This document shows positions 9,606 to 18,706 of a stretch of 64,000 nt of DNA, piece by piece. The stretch spans positions 5,802-69,801 of the forward strand of contig CAIMWE010000041.1 in NCBI GenBank assembly GCA_903845115.1, read 5' to 3'. Source of the stretch: an uncultured Acidobacteriota bacterium. GTDB lineage: Bacteria; Acidobacteriota; Thermoanaerobaculia; UBA5066. The notes below the pieces were generated by a model. It was not told the origin of the DNA. It saw only the letters and a program-made list of their open reading frames with translations, and made no database searches. Positions within the stretch are counted from its first letter, which is position 1, and each line of letters begins with the position of its first letter. The position numbers and the translations under genes were made by a program.

Positions 9606-12287
9606 CTACTCCTTCTTCTTCCGGGCGGTCTTCCTGGCGGGCGCCCGTTTCGCCTTCGGCGCCGCGGCCGTCGCCTCGGCCAGGGCGGCGGCCCGGGCCG
9701 CGTCGGGAATCATCGTCCTGGGCGTGAAGAGGGCGACGTCCGCCGCCGGCGCGTCGAAATCGCACCCCTCCTTCTCGCACGCGAAGAACGGCCCCGCCTT
9801 TCGCTCGCGGACGAGGAGGTAGGGCGCCCCGCACGACGGGCAGGGCTTGGGCACCGGCCTCGCCTTGAAGTTCCGCTTGCACGAGGGGTAGTTGGAGCAG
9901 CCATAGAACGGCCCGAAGCGCCCTTTCCGGACGAGGACCTCGCCGGTCCCGCAGTCCGGGCAGGCGACCGAGGTCGTCGTGACCGGCTTCGGCGGCCGGT
10001 ACCGGCACGCCGGGTACCCGGAGCAAGCGACGTAGTCCCCGAACCGGCCGTGGCGCGTCACCATCGTCTTCCCGCAGACCGGGCAGCTCTCTCCGGTCGG
10101 CCGGTCCGGTTTCGCCTCGGCCTTCCCCCCCGCCACCTTCACCGCCACCGTGCTGCGGCATTTCGGGTAGGCGGTGCACCCGAGGAACGCCGAGCCGTCC
10201 CGCCCGGCGCGGAGCTTCATCGGGCTGCCGCACTCCTCGCAGGTCTGCCCCTCCAGCTCGGTCTGGTCGATCGGGTCGTCCTCGACCTCGGGGATGTTCA
10301 CGGTGTACTCGCAATCGGGGTACCCCGCGCAGGCGACGAAGAGACCCGCCTTCCCCATCCGGAGCTTCAGCGGGTGGCCGCTCTTCGGGCAGCTCTCCAC
10401 TCCGTCCAGCTCCTTGGGGAGGGGGAAGTCCTTCAGGAGCGTCCGGACGTCGGCGAGGAGCAGACCGGCCTTGATCGAGATCATCTTCTTCTTGGCCAGG
10501 TCCCGGTCCTTCGAGAACTTGCCGTCGAACTCCGCGAGGGCCTTCCGCCAGTCGAGCTTTCCCTCCTCGACCTCGTCGAGCTCCTCCTCCATCTTCGCGG
10601 TGTACTCGGTCTGGAAGAAGTCGTCGAATCCGCCCCGCAGCAGGTCGACGACCAGCCGCCCGAGAAGGGTCGGCTGGAAGCGGCGGTCCTTCTTCCGGAC
10701 GTACTCGCGGTCCTCGATCTTCCGGATGATCTCGGCGTAGGTGGACGGGCGGCCGATGCCGTTCTCCTCGAGAAACTTCACCAGCGAGGCCTCGTTGAAG
10801 CGCGGGGGCGGCTGGGTCTCGTGCCCCTCCGCCTTCACCTCGACCAGGGCGGGCCGGTCGCCTTCCGCCAGCGCGGGGAGACGGACCTTCGCGTCGTCCT
10901 TCGCCCCCTCCTCGCCCTCGTCCTTCGCGTCCCCGTTCTTCTCTCCCGCTTCGTCCGCCTGGGGCGCCGCCTCTTCCTGGCCCCAGGCCCGGAGCCAGCC
11001 CGCGTCCTTCAGGACCGACCCGGTCGTCCGCAGCGTCGCGACGTCCGCGGCGCCGGCCCGGCCAGCCTCGATCTCGACGGTCGTCACCTCGGTCACCGAC
11101 GGGCTCATCTGCGAGGCGAGGAACCGGCTCCAGACCAGCCGGTAGAGCTTCAGCTCCTCCGCCTGGAGGTACCTGGCGACGGCCTCCGGGGGGAGGTCCA
11201 TCGAGGTCGGGCGGATCGCCTCGTGGGCGTCCTGCACGTCCCGCTTCTGCCGGAAGTAGCGGGGCTCGTCCGGGAGAGCTCCCGGACCCCAGGTCGTCCC
11301 GATGTAGTCCCGGACGGCGGCGATCGCCTCGGCGGCCGTCCGGGTCGAGTCGGTTCTCATGTAGGTGATCAGGCCGACCGTCCCCCGCTCCCCGATCGCC
11401 TTCCCCTCGTAGAGGCGCTGGGCCACCTGCATCGTCCGGCGGACCGTGAAGCCGAGGGAGCGCGCCGCCCCCTGCTGGAGCTTCGAGGTCGTGAACGGCG
11501 GGGGGGCGGAGCTCCTCCGCTCCTTGGCCTCGACGGAAACCACCCTCAGGTTCGCCCCACACGTCTCGACGTGGGCGGCCACCTCGGCGGCCGCATCGGC
11601 CGTCGCGAGACGCGGGTCCGAGCCGTCGAAGCGGAGCTTCTCCCCCCTCCAGACGACCGCCCGGGACGGGAAGGAGATCCCCCCGAGGGAGAGGGTCGCC
11701 GGGACGGAGAAGTAGGGAACGGGCCGGAACGCGTCGCGCTCGGCTTCCCGCTCCACGATGATCCGGAGGGCGACGGTCTGGACCCGTCCGGCCGACAGGC
11801 CACGCCACAGCTTGGACCAGAGGAGGTCCGAGACCTCGTAGCCGACGATCCGGTCGATGATCCGGCGGGCCTGCTGGGCATTGACCCGGTTCCGGTCGAT
11901 CTCGCCGGGCTTCTCGATCGCGCGGACGACGGCCGATCTCGTGATCTCGTGGAATTCGGCTCGGTGGAAGATGGCGTTCGGCGCCCCGGGCCGGAGGATC
12001 TCCTCGAGGTGCCAGCAGATCGCCTCCCCCTCGCGGTCGGGGTCGGCGGCGAGGTAGATGTGCTCGGCGCCCTTCGCCAAGCGCTTCAGCTCCGCGATCG
12101 TCCGTTCCTTCCCCGCCAGGATCTCGTAGGTCGGCTCGTACCCGTTCTCGCGGTCGACCGAGATCCCCTTCTTGGGCAGGTCGCGGACGTGGCCGTAGCA
12201 GGCGGCCACGGTGAACTCCTTGCCCAGGAACTTACCGAGAGTTCCGGCCTTGGCGGGCGATTCGACGACTACGAGTGACTTCGACAT
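9606..12287 (-). CDS. topA: DNA topoisomerase I (type IA) with C-terminal zinc ribbons
   Basis: VVESPAKA, ADPDREGEAI, SAGRVQT, LITYMRTDS (catalytic Tyr), GIGRPSTYA. Confidence 0.97.
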   Translation of the reverse strand: MSKSLVVVESPAKAGTLGKFLGKEFTVAACYGHVRDLPKKGISVDRENGYEPTYEILAGKERTIAELKRLAKGAEHIYLAADPDREGEAICWHLEEILRPGAPNAIFHRAEFHEITRSAVVRAIEKPGEIDRNRVNAQQARRIIDRIVGYEVSDLLWSKLWRGLSAGRVQTVALRIIVEREAERDAFRPVPYFSVPATLSLGGISFPSRAVVWRGEKLRFDGSDPRLATADAAAEVAAHVETCGANLRVVSVEAKERRSSAPPPFTTSKLQQGAARSLGFTVRRTMQVAQRLYEGKAIGERGTVGLITYMRTDSTRTAAEAIAAVRDYIGTTWGPGALPDEPRYFRQKRDVQDAHEAIRPTSMDLPPEAVARYLQAEELKLYRLVWSRFLASQMSPSVTEVTTVEIEAGRAGAADVATLRTTGSVLKDAGWLRAWGQEEAAPQADEAGEKNGDAKDEGEEGAKDDAKVRLPALAEGDRPALVEVKAEGHETQPPPRFNEASLVKFLEENGIGRPSTYAEIIRKIEDREYVRKKDRRFQPTLLGRLVVDLLRGGFDDFFQTEYTAKMEEELDEVEEGKLDWRKALAEFDGKFSKDRDLAKKKMISIKAGLLLADVRTLLKDFPLPKELDGVESCPKSGHPLKLRMGKAGLFVACAGYPDCEYTVNIPEVEDDPIDQTELEGQTCEECGSPMKLRAGRDGSAFLGCTAYPKCRSTVAVKVAGGKAEAKPDRPTGESCPVCGKTMVTRHGRFGDYVACSGYPACRYRPPKPVTTTSVACPDCGTGEVLVRKGRFGPFYGCSNYPSCKRNFKARPVPKPCPSCGAPYLLVRERKAGPFFACEKEGCDFDAPAADVALFTPRTMIPDAARAAALAEATAAAPKAKRAPARKTARKKKE

Positions 12288-12311
12288 GAGGCCGTCACGA
12301 TGCCATGCCTG

Positions 12312-13397
12312 TCAACCCCGCCCCTTCCGGCGGACGAATGTGGCCCCGGGAAGCGGCTCCGCGAGCCCGTCCAGCTCCAGGAGGACGAGCGCCCCCGAGA
12401 GACGTGCCGCATCGAGTCCGGTGGCCGCGACGAGCGTGTCCGTGTCCCGCGGATCCACGAAGTCGAGCGCGGCGAGGACGAGCCGGGCGTCGTCTCCCAG
12501 CGCCGGGTCTGGGCCTGCGGCCGCCCCGGCAGAAGACGACGCCCTACCGGCACCGTATCCGACGGACCCGGGCAGCTCGGCGAGGACGTCCTCCACGGAC
12601 CGGACGAGGATGGCCCCGTCCTTCAGGAGGGCGTTGGAGCCCGCGGCGTGGGCGGCGACGATCGTCCCGGGAACGGCCGCGACGTCCCGGCCGAAGTCGG
12701 CGGCGTGTCTCGCGGTGATGAGGGAGCCGCTCCTCTCGGCGGCCTCCACCACCACGACGAGAGGGACGAGGCCGGCGATCAGGCGGTTCCGGATCGGGAA
12801 GTGATGGGGCATCGGGCCGGTCCCCATCGGGAACTCGGAGACGAGCGCCCCGTGCCGGATGACCTCCGCGGCCAGCGGCCCGTGCTCGAACGGGTAGATG
12901 ACGTCGACGCCCGACCCGAGCACCGCGGTCGTCCGCCCGGAGGCTTCCAGCGCCGCGCGGTGAGCCGCCCCGTCGATGCCCAGGGCGAGACCGGAGACGA
13001 CGTTGACCCCCTCCCGGGCCAGGGCCCCCGCGAGCTCCCGCGCGGCCTCCAGCCCGGCGCGGGTCGGACGGCGGGAACCGACCATCGCGACGCCCTGGTC
13101 GGCGGCCAGTGCGGTTCCCCTCACGAACAGGAACACCGGCGGGTCCGGGATCTGCCGGAGGAGCGGCGGGTACTCGCCGTCGAGGAGGCCGACCAGCCGG
13201 GCCTGGCTCGCCTCCAGGCGCCGGAGCTGGTCGTCGACGCCGGCCACGCGATCCGGCTCCAGGAGCGGGCGGACCGAGTCGAGCGGCTCCCGGGCGATCT
13301 CGACGGCCTCGTCCGGCCCGAGGGAGAGGATGGCGGCGAGCCCCTGCTTCTCGGCCAGGAGCCTCCGGGCGGCGCGGGCCGTCCGCCCCCGGCACAC
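12312..13397 (-). CDS. dprA: DNA-processing protein DprA (start uncertain, could extend to ~13440)
   Basis: YPPLLRQIPDPP, VGSRRP, VVSGLALGIDGAAH, FPIRNRLIAGL, EAAERSGSLITA; dprA-topA synteny. Confidence 0.92.
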   Translation of the reverse strand: MCRGRTARAARRLLAEKQGLAAILSLGPDEAVEIAREPLDSVRPLLEPDRVAGVDDQLRRLEASQARLVGLLDGEYPPLLRQIPDPPVFLFVRGTALAADQGVAMVGSRRPTRAGLEAARELAGALAREGVNVVSGLALGIDGAAHRAALEASGRTTAVLGSGVDVIYPFEHGPLAAEVIRHGALVSEFPMGTGPMPHHFPIRNRLIAGLVPLVVVVEAAERSGSLITARHAADFGRDVAAVPGTIVAAHAAGSNALLKDGAILVRSVEDVLAELPGSVGYGAGRASSSAGAAAGPDPALGDDARLVLAALDFVDPRDTDTLVAATGLDAARLSGALVLLELDGLAEPLPGATFVRRKGRG

Positions 13398-13595
13398 CAG
13401 CGCCCACGCGGCGGCGATCCTGGCGTCGATGGCGTCACCGACCCTTCGTGACCGGTTGCGGTGAAAGGAGAAGCACGGCGCCGGAACTATAGCCCTGCCG
13501 CCAGCCGTGCCGAAGGTGGCGGGAATTCGAGCGATCGTTCTCTCGCGGGAGAACGCGGACGGAGCTCCACGTCGGCCGGACGTTCTGTCCGGCAC

Positions 13596-13611
13596 GGTGA
13601 CCGGCGTCACA
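13596..13611. promoter_or_regulatory. CRP/FNR-family-like site GGTGA-N6-TCACA
   Basis: 9/10 match to TGTGA-N6-TCACA in the divergent dprA/phosphodiesterase intergenic region. Confidence 0.4.
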
Positions 13612-13676
13612 CCCGGACCCCGGATGCGCGATTTCTTGCCCGGGGGAGGAACCGCCCGGAGGATAATCGCTTCGCC

Positions 13677-14438
13677 TTGCGAATTCGCGTGCTCGGAGCG
13701 TACGGGGGGTCGACGCCGCGACACCGGCAGACCTCCTTCCTGATCAATGGCACGATCGCCCTGGATGCCGGCGCGCTCACGGAGGCCCTGACGCTCGAGG
13801 AGCAGTCCCGGGTGCGGGCCATCGTGGTGACCCACTCGCACATGGACCACGTGGCCTCGCTCCCCTTTCTCGTGGAGAACGTCTTCGGCAGGACGGAGGG
13901 GCCGATCGAGGTGATCGGGACGGCCGGCGTCGTGGAGTCCCTCCAGCTGCACCTCTTCAACGACGCGCTCTGGCCGGACTTCACGCGGATCCCGAACCAT
14001 CTCCTCCCGACCGTCCGGTTCCGGGTGGTCCAGCCCCTGACGCCCGTCTCCGTCGACGGGCTGACGATCACCGCCATCCCGGTCGACCACACCGTGCCGA
14101 CGGCGGGGTACCTCCTCCAGGACGGGAAGGATGCCGTGATCTTCTCGAGTGACACCGGCCCCACCGAGGAGATCTGGCGGGTCGCCAGGGAGACGCCCTC
14201 GCTCCGGGCCATCTTCGTCGAGTGCTCGTTCCCCGATTCGATGGAGGAGGTCGCGGACGTGTCGCGCCACCTCACCCCCAGCCGCCTCAGGAACGAGATG
14301 ACGAAGTTCCCGCCGGGCGTGCCGGTGAACCTCTACCACATGAAGCCCCCGACCCTTCCGGCCCTCCGCGCGGAGGTCTCGGCGCTCGCCTCCCCCCGGG
14401 TCAGGCTCCTCGCGGACGACGACGAGTTGAACTACTGA
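13677..14438 (+). CDS. MBL-fold 3',5'-cyclic-nucleotide phosphodiesterase (class II-like)
   Basis: LRIRVLGAYGG, LDAG, THSHMDHV, HLFNDALWPDF, VDHTVP, SSDTGP, ECSFP, HLTP, YHMKP; TTG start at 13677 inferred. Confidence 0.8.
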   Translation: MRIRVLGAYGGSTPRHRQTSFLINGTIALDAGALTEALTLEEQSRVRAIVVTHSHMDHVASLPFLVENVFGRTEGPIEVIGTAGVVESLQLHLFNDALWPDFTRIPNHLLPTVRFRVVQPLTPVSVDGLTITAIPVDHTVPTAGYLLQDGKDAVIFSSDTGPTEEIWRVARETPSLRAIFVECSFPDSMEEVADVSRHLTPSRLRNEMTKFPPGVPVNLYHMKPPTLPALRAEVSALASPRVRLLADDDELNY

Positions 14439-14495
14439 GGAGCCCACGGCCGAGCACATCTCCCGCCCACGGCTCCTCCTTCCCCCGCGCCGCCG

Positions 14496-15278
14496 CTACC
14501 GCTGCCGGAGGCGCGCCAGGGTCGCGGCGATCCCCTTCTGGCCCGCCTCGGAGAACCAGGAATCGACGAAGACGGCGCGGCTCTCCTCGAGGACCTCTCG
14601 GGCTTTCTCGTACGCGGTCCCTCGCAGGTCCCTCTTGACCGACGCATAGACGTCGCCGGGAGCGGTCCCCAGCTCCTCCGCGTAGGCGACGGCCGCGTCG
14701 AGGAGACCCGCGGGCGGGAGGAGCCTGTCGACGGCGCCGAGCGAGAGGGCCTCGGAAAAGGAGACGGCGCCGCGGGAGAGGCTCCATCGCGTCAGCGCGT
14801 GGTCTCCGACGGTCGCCCGGAGCGCCTCGAGGAAGTGTCGCGGAACGTGGACCCCTAGGCTCGCCTCCGGGAGGCCGATCGTCCCGGTCCCCTCGGCGGC
14901 CCAGCGGAAGTCCGCCGTTCCGGCGAGGAGGCACCCCCCCGCGACGGCGTGGCCCGGGAGGGCCGCCACGAGCGGCTTTCGGTAGAGGAACAGGGCGTAG
15001 AAGAGCGCCTCGAAGCCGCGGATGAACCGGCCGAACGTCTCCCGGTCCGCGGTCCCCATCTTCGCGAGGTCGAACCCTCCGCAGAAGACCCTCGGGGAGG
15101 CCGAGGTCAGGACGACTCCTCTCACGGAGCCGTCGCCCTCCGCCTCCAGCGCCGCGTCGTGGAGGGTCCGGACCAGGTCCGGATCGAGCGCGTTGGCCTT
15201 GCCCCGGTCCAGGACGAGGAGGCGGACCGCCCCCCGGTTCTCGATCCGGAGGGGCCGCTCGGGGCCGCCGTCCCTCAC
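14496..15278 (-). CDS. Enoyl-CoA hydratase/isomerase (crotonase) family protein
   Basis: KANALD, FCGGFDL, KPLVAALPGHAVAGG, IGLPEASLG; GTG overlaps pdxT stop. Confidence 0.85.
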   Translation of the reverse strand: MRDGGPERPLRIENRGAVRLLVLDRGKANALDPDLVRTLHDAALEAEGDGSVRGVVLTSASPRVFCGGFDLAKMGTADRETFGRFIRGFEALFYALFLYRKPLVAALPGHAVAGGCLLAGTADFRWAAEGTGTIGLPEASLGVHVPRHFLEALRATVGDHALTRWSLSRGAVSFSEALSLGAVDRLLPPAGLLDAAVAYAEELGTAPGDVYASVKRDLRGTAYEKAREVLEESRAVFVDSWFSEAGQKGIAATLARLRQR

Positions 15279-15895
15279 CTTGCCCCCACCAGCTTCCCGG
15301 CGTCCCTCGGCTTCCCCCTTCGGATCGCCTCCACGAAGAGCCGGTGGACCCGGCCGTCGCGGGCCAGCTCCGGGTGAAAGGTCGCGGCGATCAGGTTCCC
15401 CGAGCGGACGAGGACCGCGTCCCCGTCCCTCCTCGCGAGGACCTCGACCCCTCTTCCCAGGTCCCGGAACCGCGGGGCGCGGATGAAGACGGCCTCCAGC
15501 GGCTCGTCCCCCAGCGCCTCCCGGTCCAGGTCGGTCAGCCGGACGACCGCCGAATCGAGCTGCCGGCCGTAGGCATTCCGGACCGCCGTGACGTCCAGGA
15601 GGCCGAGCCCCTCCCGGTCGGGGTGCGTGATCCGCCGGGAGAGGAGGATGGCCCCCGCGCAGGTCGCGAGGACCGGGCGCCCGCTCGCGGCGAGCTCGGC
15701 GATCGCTTCGGGGATGCCGGTTCCCTCCATCAGCTTCCACATCGTCGTCGACTCTCCCCCCGGCAGGACGAGAGCGTCCGTGGAGAGGAGCTCGCCGGCC
15801 GTCCGGATCTCGCGGGCGTCGAGCCCCGCGGCGGCGAGCGCCTTCCGGTGAGCCTCGAAGTCCCCCTGCAGGGCGAGCACCCCGGCGGAGGGCAA
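15275..15895 (-). CDS. pdxT: PLP synthase glutaminase subunit
   Basis: GVLALQGDF, LPGGESTT, ATCAGAIL, RNAYGRQLDS, FIRAP, TFHPEL. Confidence 0.96.
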   Translation of the reverse strand: MPSAGVLALQGDFEAHRKALAAAGLDAREIRTAGELLSTDALVLPGGESTTMWKLMEGTGIPEAIAELAASGRPVLATCAGAILLSRRITHPDREGLGLLDVTAVRNAYGRQLDSAVVRLTDLDREALGDEPLEAVFIRAPRFRDLGRGVEVLARRDGDAVLVRSGNLIAATFHPELARDGRVHRLFVEAIRRGKPRDAGKLVGAR

Positions 15896-15898
15896 GGT

Positions 15899-16810
15899 CT
15901 ACCAGCCCCTCGTCTGGAGGAGCTCCCCCTCGACCAGCTTCGCCGCCTCGATTCCCTTCATCCCCTCGCCGAGGTCCTCGGAGGCCTTCGCGATGCGGGC
16001 CGGGTCCTGCCAGTGGGTCGTCGCCTCGACGATCGCGCGCGCCCGCTTGGCCGGGTCGCTCGACTTGAAGATCCCCGAGCCGACGAAGACCGCCTCGGCG
16101 CCGAGGATCCGGCAGAGCGCCGCGTCCGCTGGAGTGGCGACGCCGCCGGCCGCGAAGTTGGGGACGGGGAGGCGCCCGTTCGCCGCGACCCACGCGACCA
16201 GCCCGAACGGAGCCTGGAGGTTCTTGGCCGCGGCCATCCACTCGTCCTTCGTCAGGATCGTCAGCCCCTTGATCTGGCGGAACACCTCGCGCAGGTGCCT
16301 CACGGCGTGGACGATGTCCCCGGTCCCCGCCTCGCCCTTCGTCCGGATCATCGCCGCCCCTTCTCCGATCCTCCGGAGCGCCTCGCCGAGGTTGCGGCAG
16401 CCGCAGACGAACGGCACCTTGAAGTCGTGCTTGTAGACGTGGTTCTCCTCGTCGGCCGGCGTCAGGACCTCCGACTCGTCGACGAAGTCGACCCCGAGGG
16501 ACTCCAGGATCCGGGCCTCGGCGATGTGGCCGATGCGGCACTTCGCCATGACGGGGATGGAGACGGCGGCCTCGATCTCCCGGATCTTCGACACGGGCGA
16601 CATCCGGGCGACGCCGCCGTCCCGCCGGATGTCCGAGGGGACCCGTTCGAGCGCCATGACGGCGCAGGCTCCGGCGTCCTCGGCGATCTTCGCCTGCCCG
16701 GCGTCGACGACGTCCATGATGACGCCGCCCTTGAGCATCTCGGCGAGGCCGACCTTCACGCGGAAGGCGTCTGAGGAGAAGGGCGATTCGATGGAGAGCG
16801 GAGCGGTCAT
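15899..16810 (-). CDS. pdxS: PLP synthase lyase subunit
   Basis: [57 protein letters not shown]. Confidence 0.97.
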   Translation of the reverse strand: MTAPLSIESPFSSDAFRVKVGLAEMLKGGVIMDVVDAGQAKIAEDAGACAVMALERVPSDIRRDGGVARMSPVSKIREIEAAVSIPVMAKCRIGHIAEARILESLGVDFVDESEVLTPADEENHVYKHDFKVPFVCGCRNLGEALRRIGEGAAMIRTKGEAGTGDIVHAVRHLREVFRQIKGLTILTKDEWMAAAKNLQAPFGLVAWVAANGRLPVPNFAAGGVATPADAALCRILGAEAVFVGSGIFKSSDPAKRARAIVEATTHWQDPARIAKASEDLGEGMKGIEAAKLVEGELLQTRGW

Positions 16811-16834
16811 GGCGGTTCCTTTCGTCGGACGGAT

Positions 16835-18319
16835 TCAGATCTGGATGAGCGCCTCTTCGCGTCCGGCCCGGGACTTCCCGGATCCGTTCCGCTGGACGGC
16901 GAGGCGATGGAGGAGCGCTCGGGCTGCAGCCCCGACCAGGGCGAGGGCCTTCTCGAGGTCGGGACCGGTCTCCCTGGCGACCGAGATCCGGAGGGCCGGC
17001 AGGTCGGCCGCGTCCGGGCTGAAGTCCGCGCCGGGAGAGACGAGGACCCCCTTGTCCCGCGCCGCGGCAGCCAGCGCTCTCCCGGAGATTCCCCGGGGCA
17101 GCTGGATCCACAGCACCCATCCGCCGCTCGGGCGGTCGCACGCCGTGCCGACCGGGAAGCTCTCCCGGACGGCGCGCTGAGCGGCCGCGAGGCGGCTCCG
17201 GAGGCGCGTCCGGGTCCGGACGAGGTGCCGGTCGTACTCCCCCCGGGAGATGAAGAGGTTCAGGGCGGCCTGCAGGATGGGGGGGGAGGTGAGCTCGCCG
17301 ATCCGCTTCAGGGCGGCGAGCCGGTGGACGAATTCCTTCGGCCCAGAGATCCAGCCCACCCGGACGCCCGGGAAGAGGGCCTTCGAGATCGTCCCGAGGT
17401 GGACCACGTGCCCGGGGGCCGTCGCGGCCAGCGGCGGGGGGAGCTCGCCTTCCACGTTGAGGTCGGCGTCGAACGCGTCCTCGACCACCAGGACCCCGGC
17501 GCCCACGGCCGCTTCGAGGATCCGCTGGCGCCGCTCCGCGGAGACGAGGAGCCCGGTCGGATTCTGGAAGTCCGGGATCGCGTAGAGGAGCTTGGGCTTC
17601 TCGGCGAGAACCCTGGCGAGCGCCACGGGGTCGGGGCCTTCGGCGTCGAGGGGAACTCCCAGGAGGCGGGCGCGGTGCATCCGGAAGAGCGTCAGCGCAC
17701 CCGAGTAGCTCGGGTCCTCCACGGCGACCGCGTCCCCTGGGTCGACGAGGGCGCGGGTGATCAGGTCGAGCCCCTGCTGGGCTCCGTTGACGATCAGGAT
17801 CGTATCGGGATCCGCCGGGACCCCTCGCCTGGCGAGGCGGGCCGCGAGGGTCTCCCGGAGAGGCCGGTAGCCGAAGGGCGACCCGTACGACAGGAGCGCC
17901 TGGTTGCGCGCCACCTCCGTCAGAAACGAGGCGAAGACCTCTGCCGGGAAGTCGCGTTCGTCCGGGGCGAGGCGCGAGAGGTCGTACACCGGCGTCCTCC
18001 CGGGCTCGGGCCCCGGCTCGGCCACGATCCGCCGGAGGAGGGACGAGGCGATCCGGTCCCACGCCGGGGCCGGGCCGATCACCGGTCCCGCGATCGAGCG
18101 CCGGGCGACCCGGGTGCCCCCTCCCTTGTTGGTCTCGATCCAGCCGTCCGCCTTCAGGACCCGGAGAGCCTGGTGGAGCGTGGCCCGGTTCACCTCGAGG
18201 GTGCGGGCGAGGAGCCGGGAGGCGGGGAGCCTCTCGCCCTCCGTGTAGCGTCCCGTCCGGATGTCGCGCGAGAGGCTCTCGGCGATCGTCCGGTAGAGGG
18301 GGACCCTGGGCGCGGTCAT
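16835..18319 (-). CDS. MocR/GabR-family regulator (GntR wHTH + PLP-dependent aminotransferase domain), PdxR-like
   Basis: GERLPASRLLARTLEVNRAT; GAQQGLDL, FQNPTG, GTISKALFPGVRVGW; directly upstream of pdxST. Confidence 0.85.
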   Translation of the reverse strand: MTAPRVPLYRTIAESLSRDIRTGRYTEGERLPASRLLARTLEVNRATLHQALRVLKADGWIETNKGGGTRVARRSIAGPVIGPAPAWDRIASSLLRRIVAEPGPEPGRTPVYDLSRLAPDERDFPAEVFASFLTEVARNQALLSYGSPFGYRPLRETLAARLARRGVPADPDTILIVNGAQQGLDLITRALVDPGDAVAVEDPSYSGALTLFRMHRARLLGVPLDAEGPDPVALARVLAEKPKLLYAIPDFQNPTGLLVSAERRQRILEAAVGAGVLVVEDAFDADLNVEGELPPPLAATAPGHVVHLGTISKALFPGVRVGWISGPKEFVHRLAALKRIGELTSPPILQAALNLFISRGEYDRHLVRTRTRLRSRLAAAQRAVRESFPVGTACDRPSGGWVLWIQLPRGISGRALAAAARDKGVLVSPGADFSPDAADLPALRISVARETGPDLEKALALVGAAARALLHRLAVQRNGSGKSRAGREEALIQI

Positions 18320-18336
18320 CCCCCCGATTCTCGGCC

Positions 18337-18350
18337 TTGGTCTAGACCAA
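18337..18350. promoter_or_regulatory. Perfect palindrome TTGGTCTAGACCAA, candidate GntR-family operator
   Basis: Lies between minus-strand TTGAAT (18356-18351) and GAGAAT (18332-18327) upstream of the MocR gene. Confidence 0.55.
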
Positions 18351-18404
18351 ATTCAACCGGCCGCCCTGGTCAGCCCAACCAAACCTCCTCGCCGGGCGAC
18401 CGGC

Positions 18405-18689
18405 CTACTCGCCCCGGCCCAGGAGGGCAACGAGCGCCCGGGTCATCTCCTCGGCGAAGAGGAGGTCCCATTCCTGGGTTCCCTCGACCGCCCTCCGGTT
18501 CCGCTCCCGGGTTTTCTTCCGGCTCTGCTCCTCGAGCTGACCGATCTCGCGGTCCCACTCGAGGAGGGCCTGGAGGACCCGGTTCCGCGTGAACTCGCGC
18601 TCGGCGAGGACGGTCACTCCCGGCGTCGACGGGAGCCTCTCCGCGATCCGGTGGGAAAGCTCGACCGCCCGTTCCCGCGAGATGGCCAT
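18405..18689 (-). CDS. DUF507-like small protein
   Basis: MAISRERAVELSHRI...VEGTQEWDLLFAEEM; ATG at 18689 after the transaldolase-like gene. Confidence 0.6.
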   Translation of the reverse strand: MAISRERAVELSHRIAERLPSTPGVTVLAEREFTRNRVLQALLEWDREIGQLEEQSRKKTRERNRRAVEGTQEWDLLFAEEMTRALVALLGRGE

Positions 18690-18706
18690 CGCCCGCCTGC
18701 CGCCCG

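Noticed and set aside
14496..18062. Apparent giant or fused proteins from the ORF track (also 18405..21812, 12312..14459, 46631..49006, 43277..45517, 33031..34968)
   Set aside because: Only the C-terminal parts are real genes; the extensions run through neighbouring genes in another frame.
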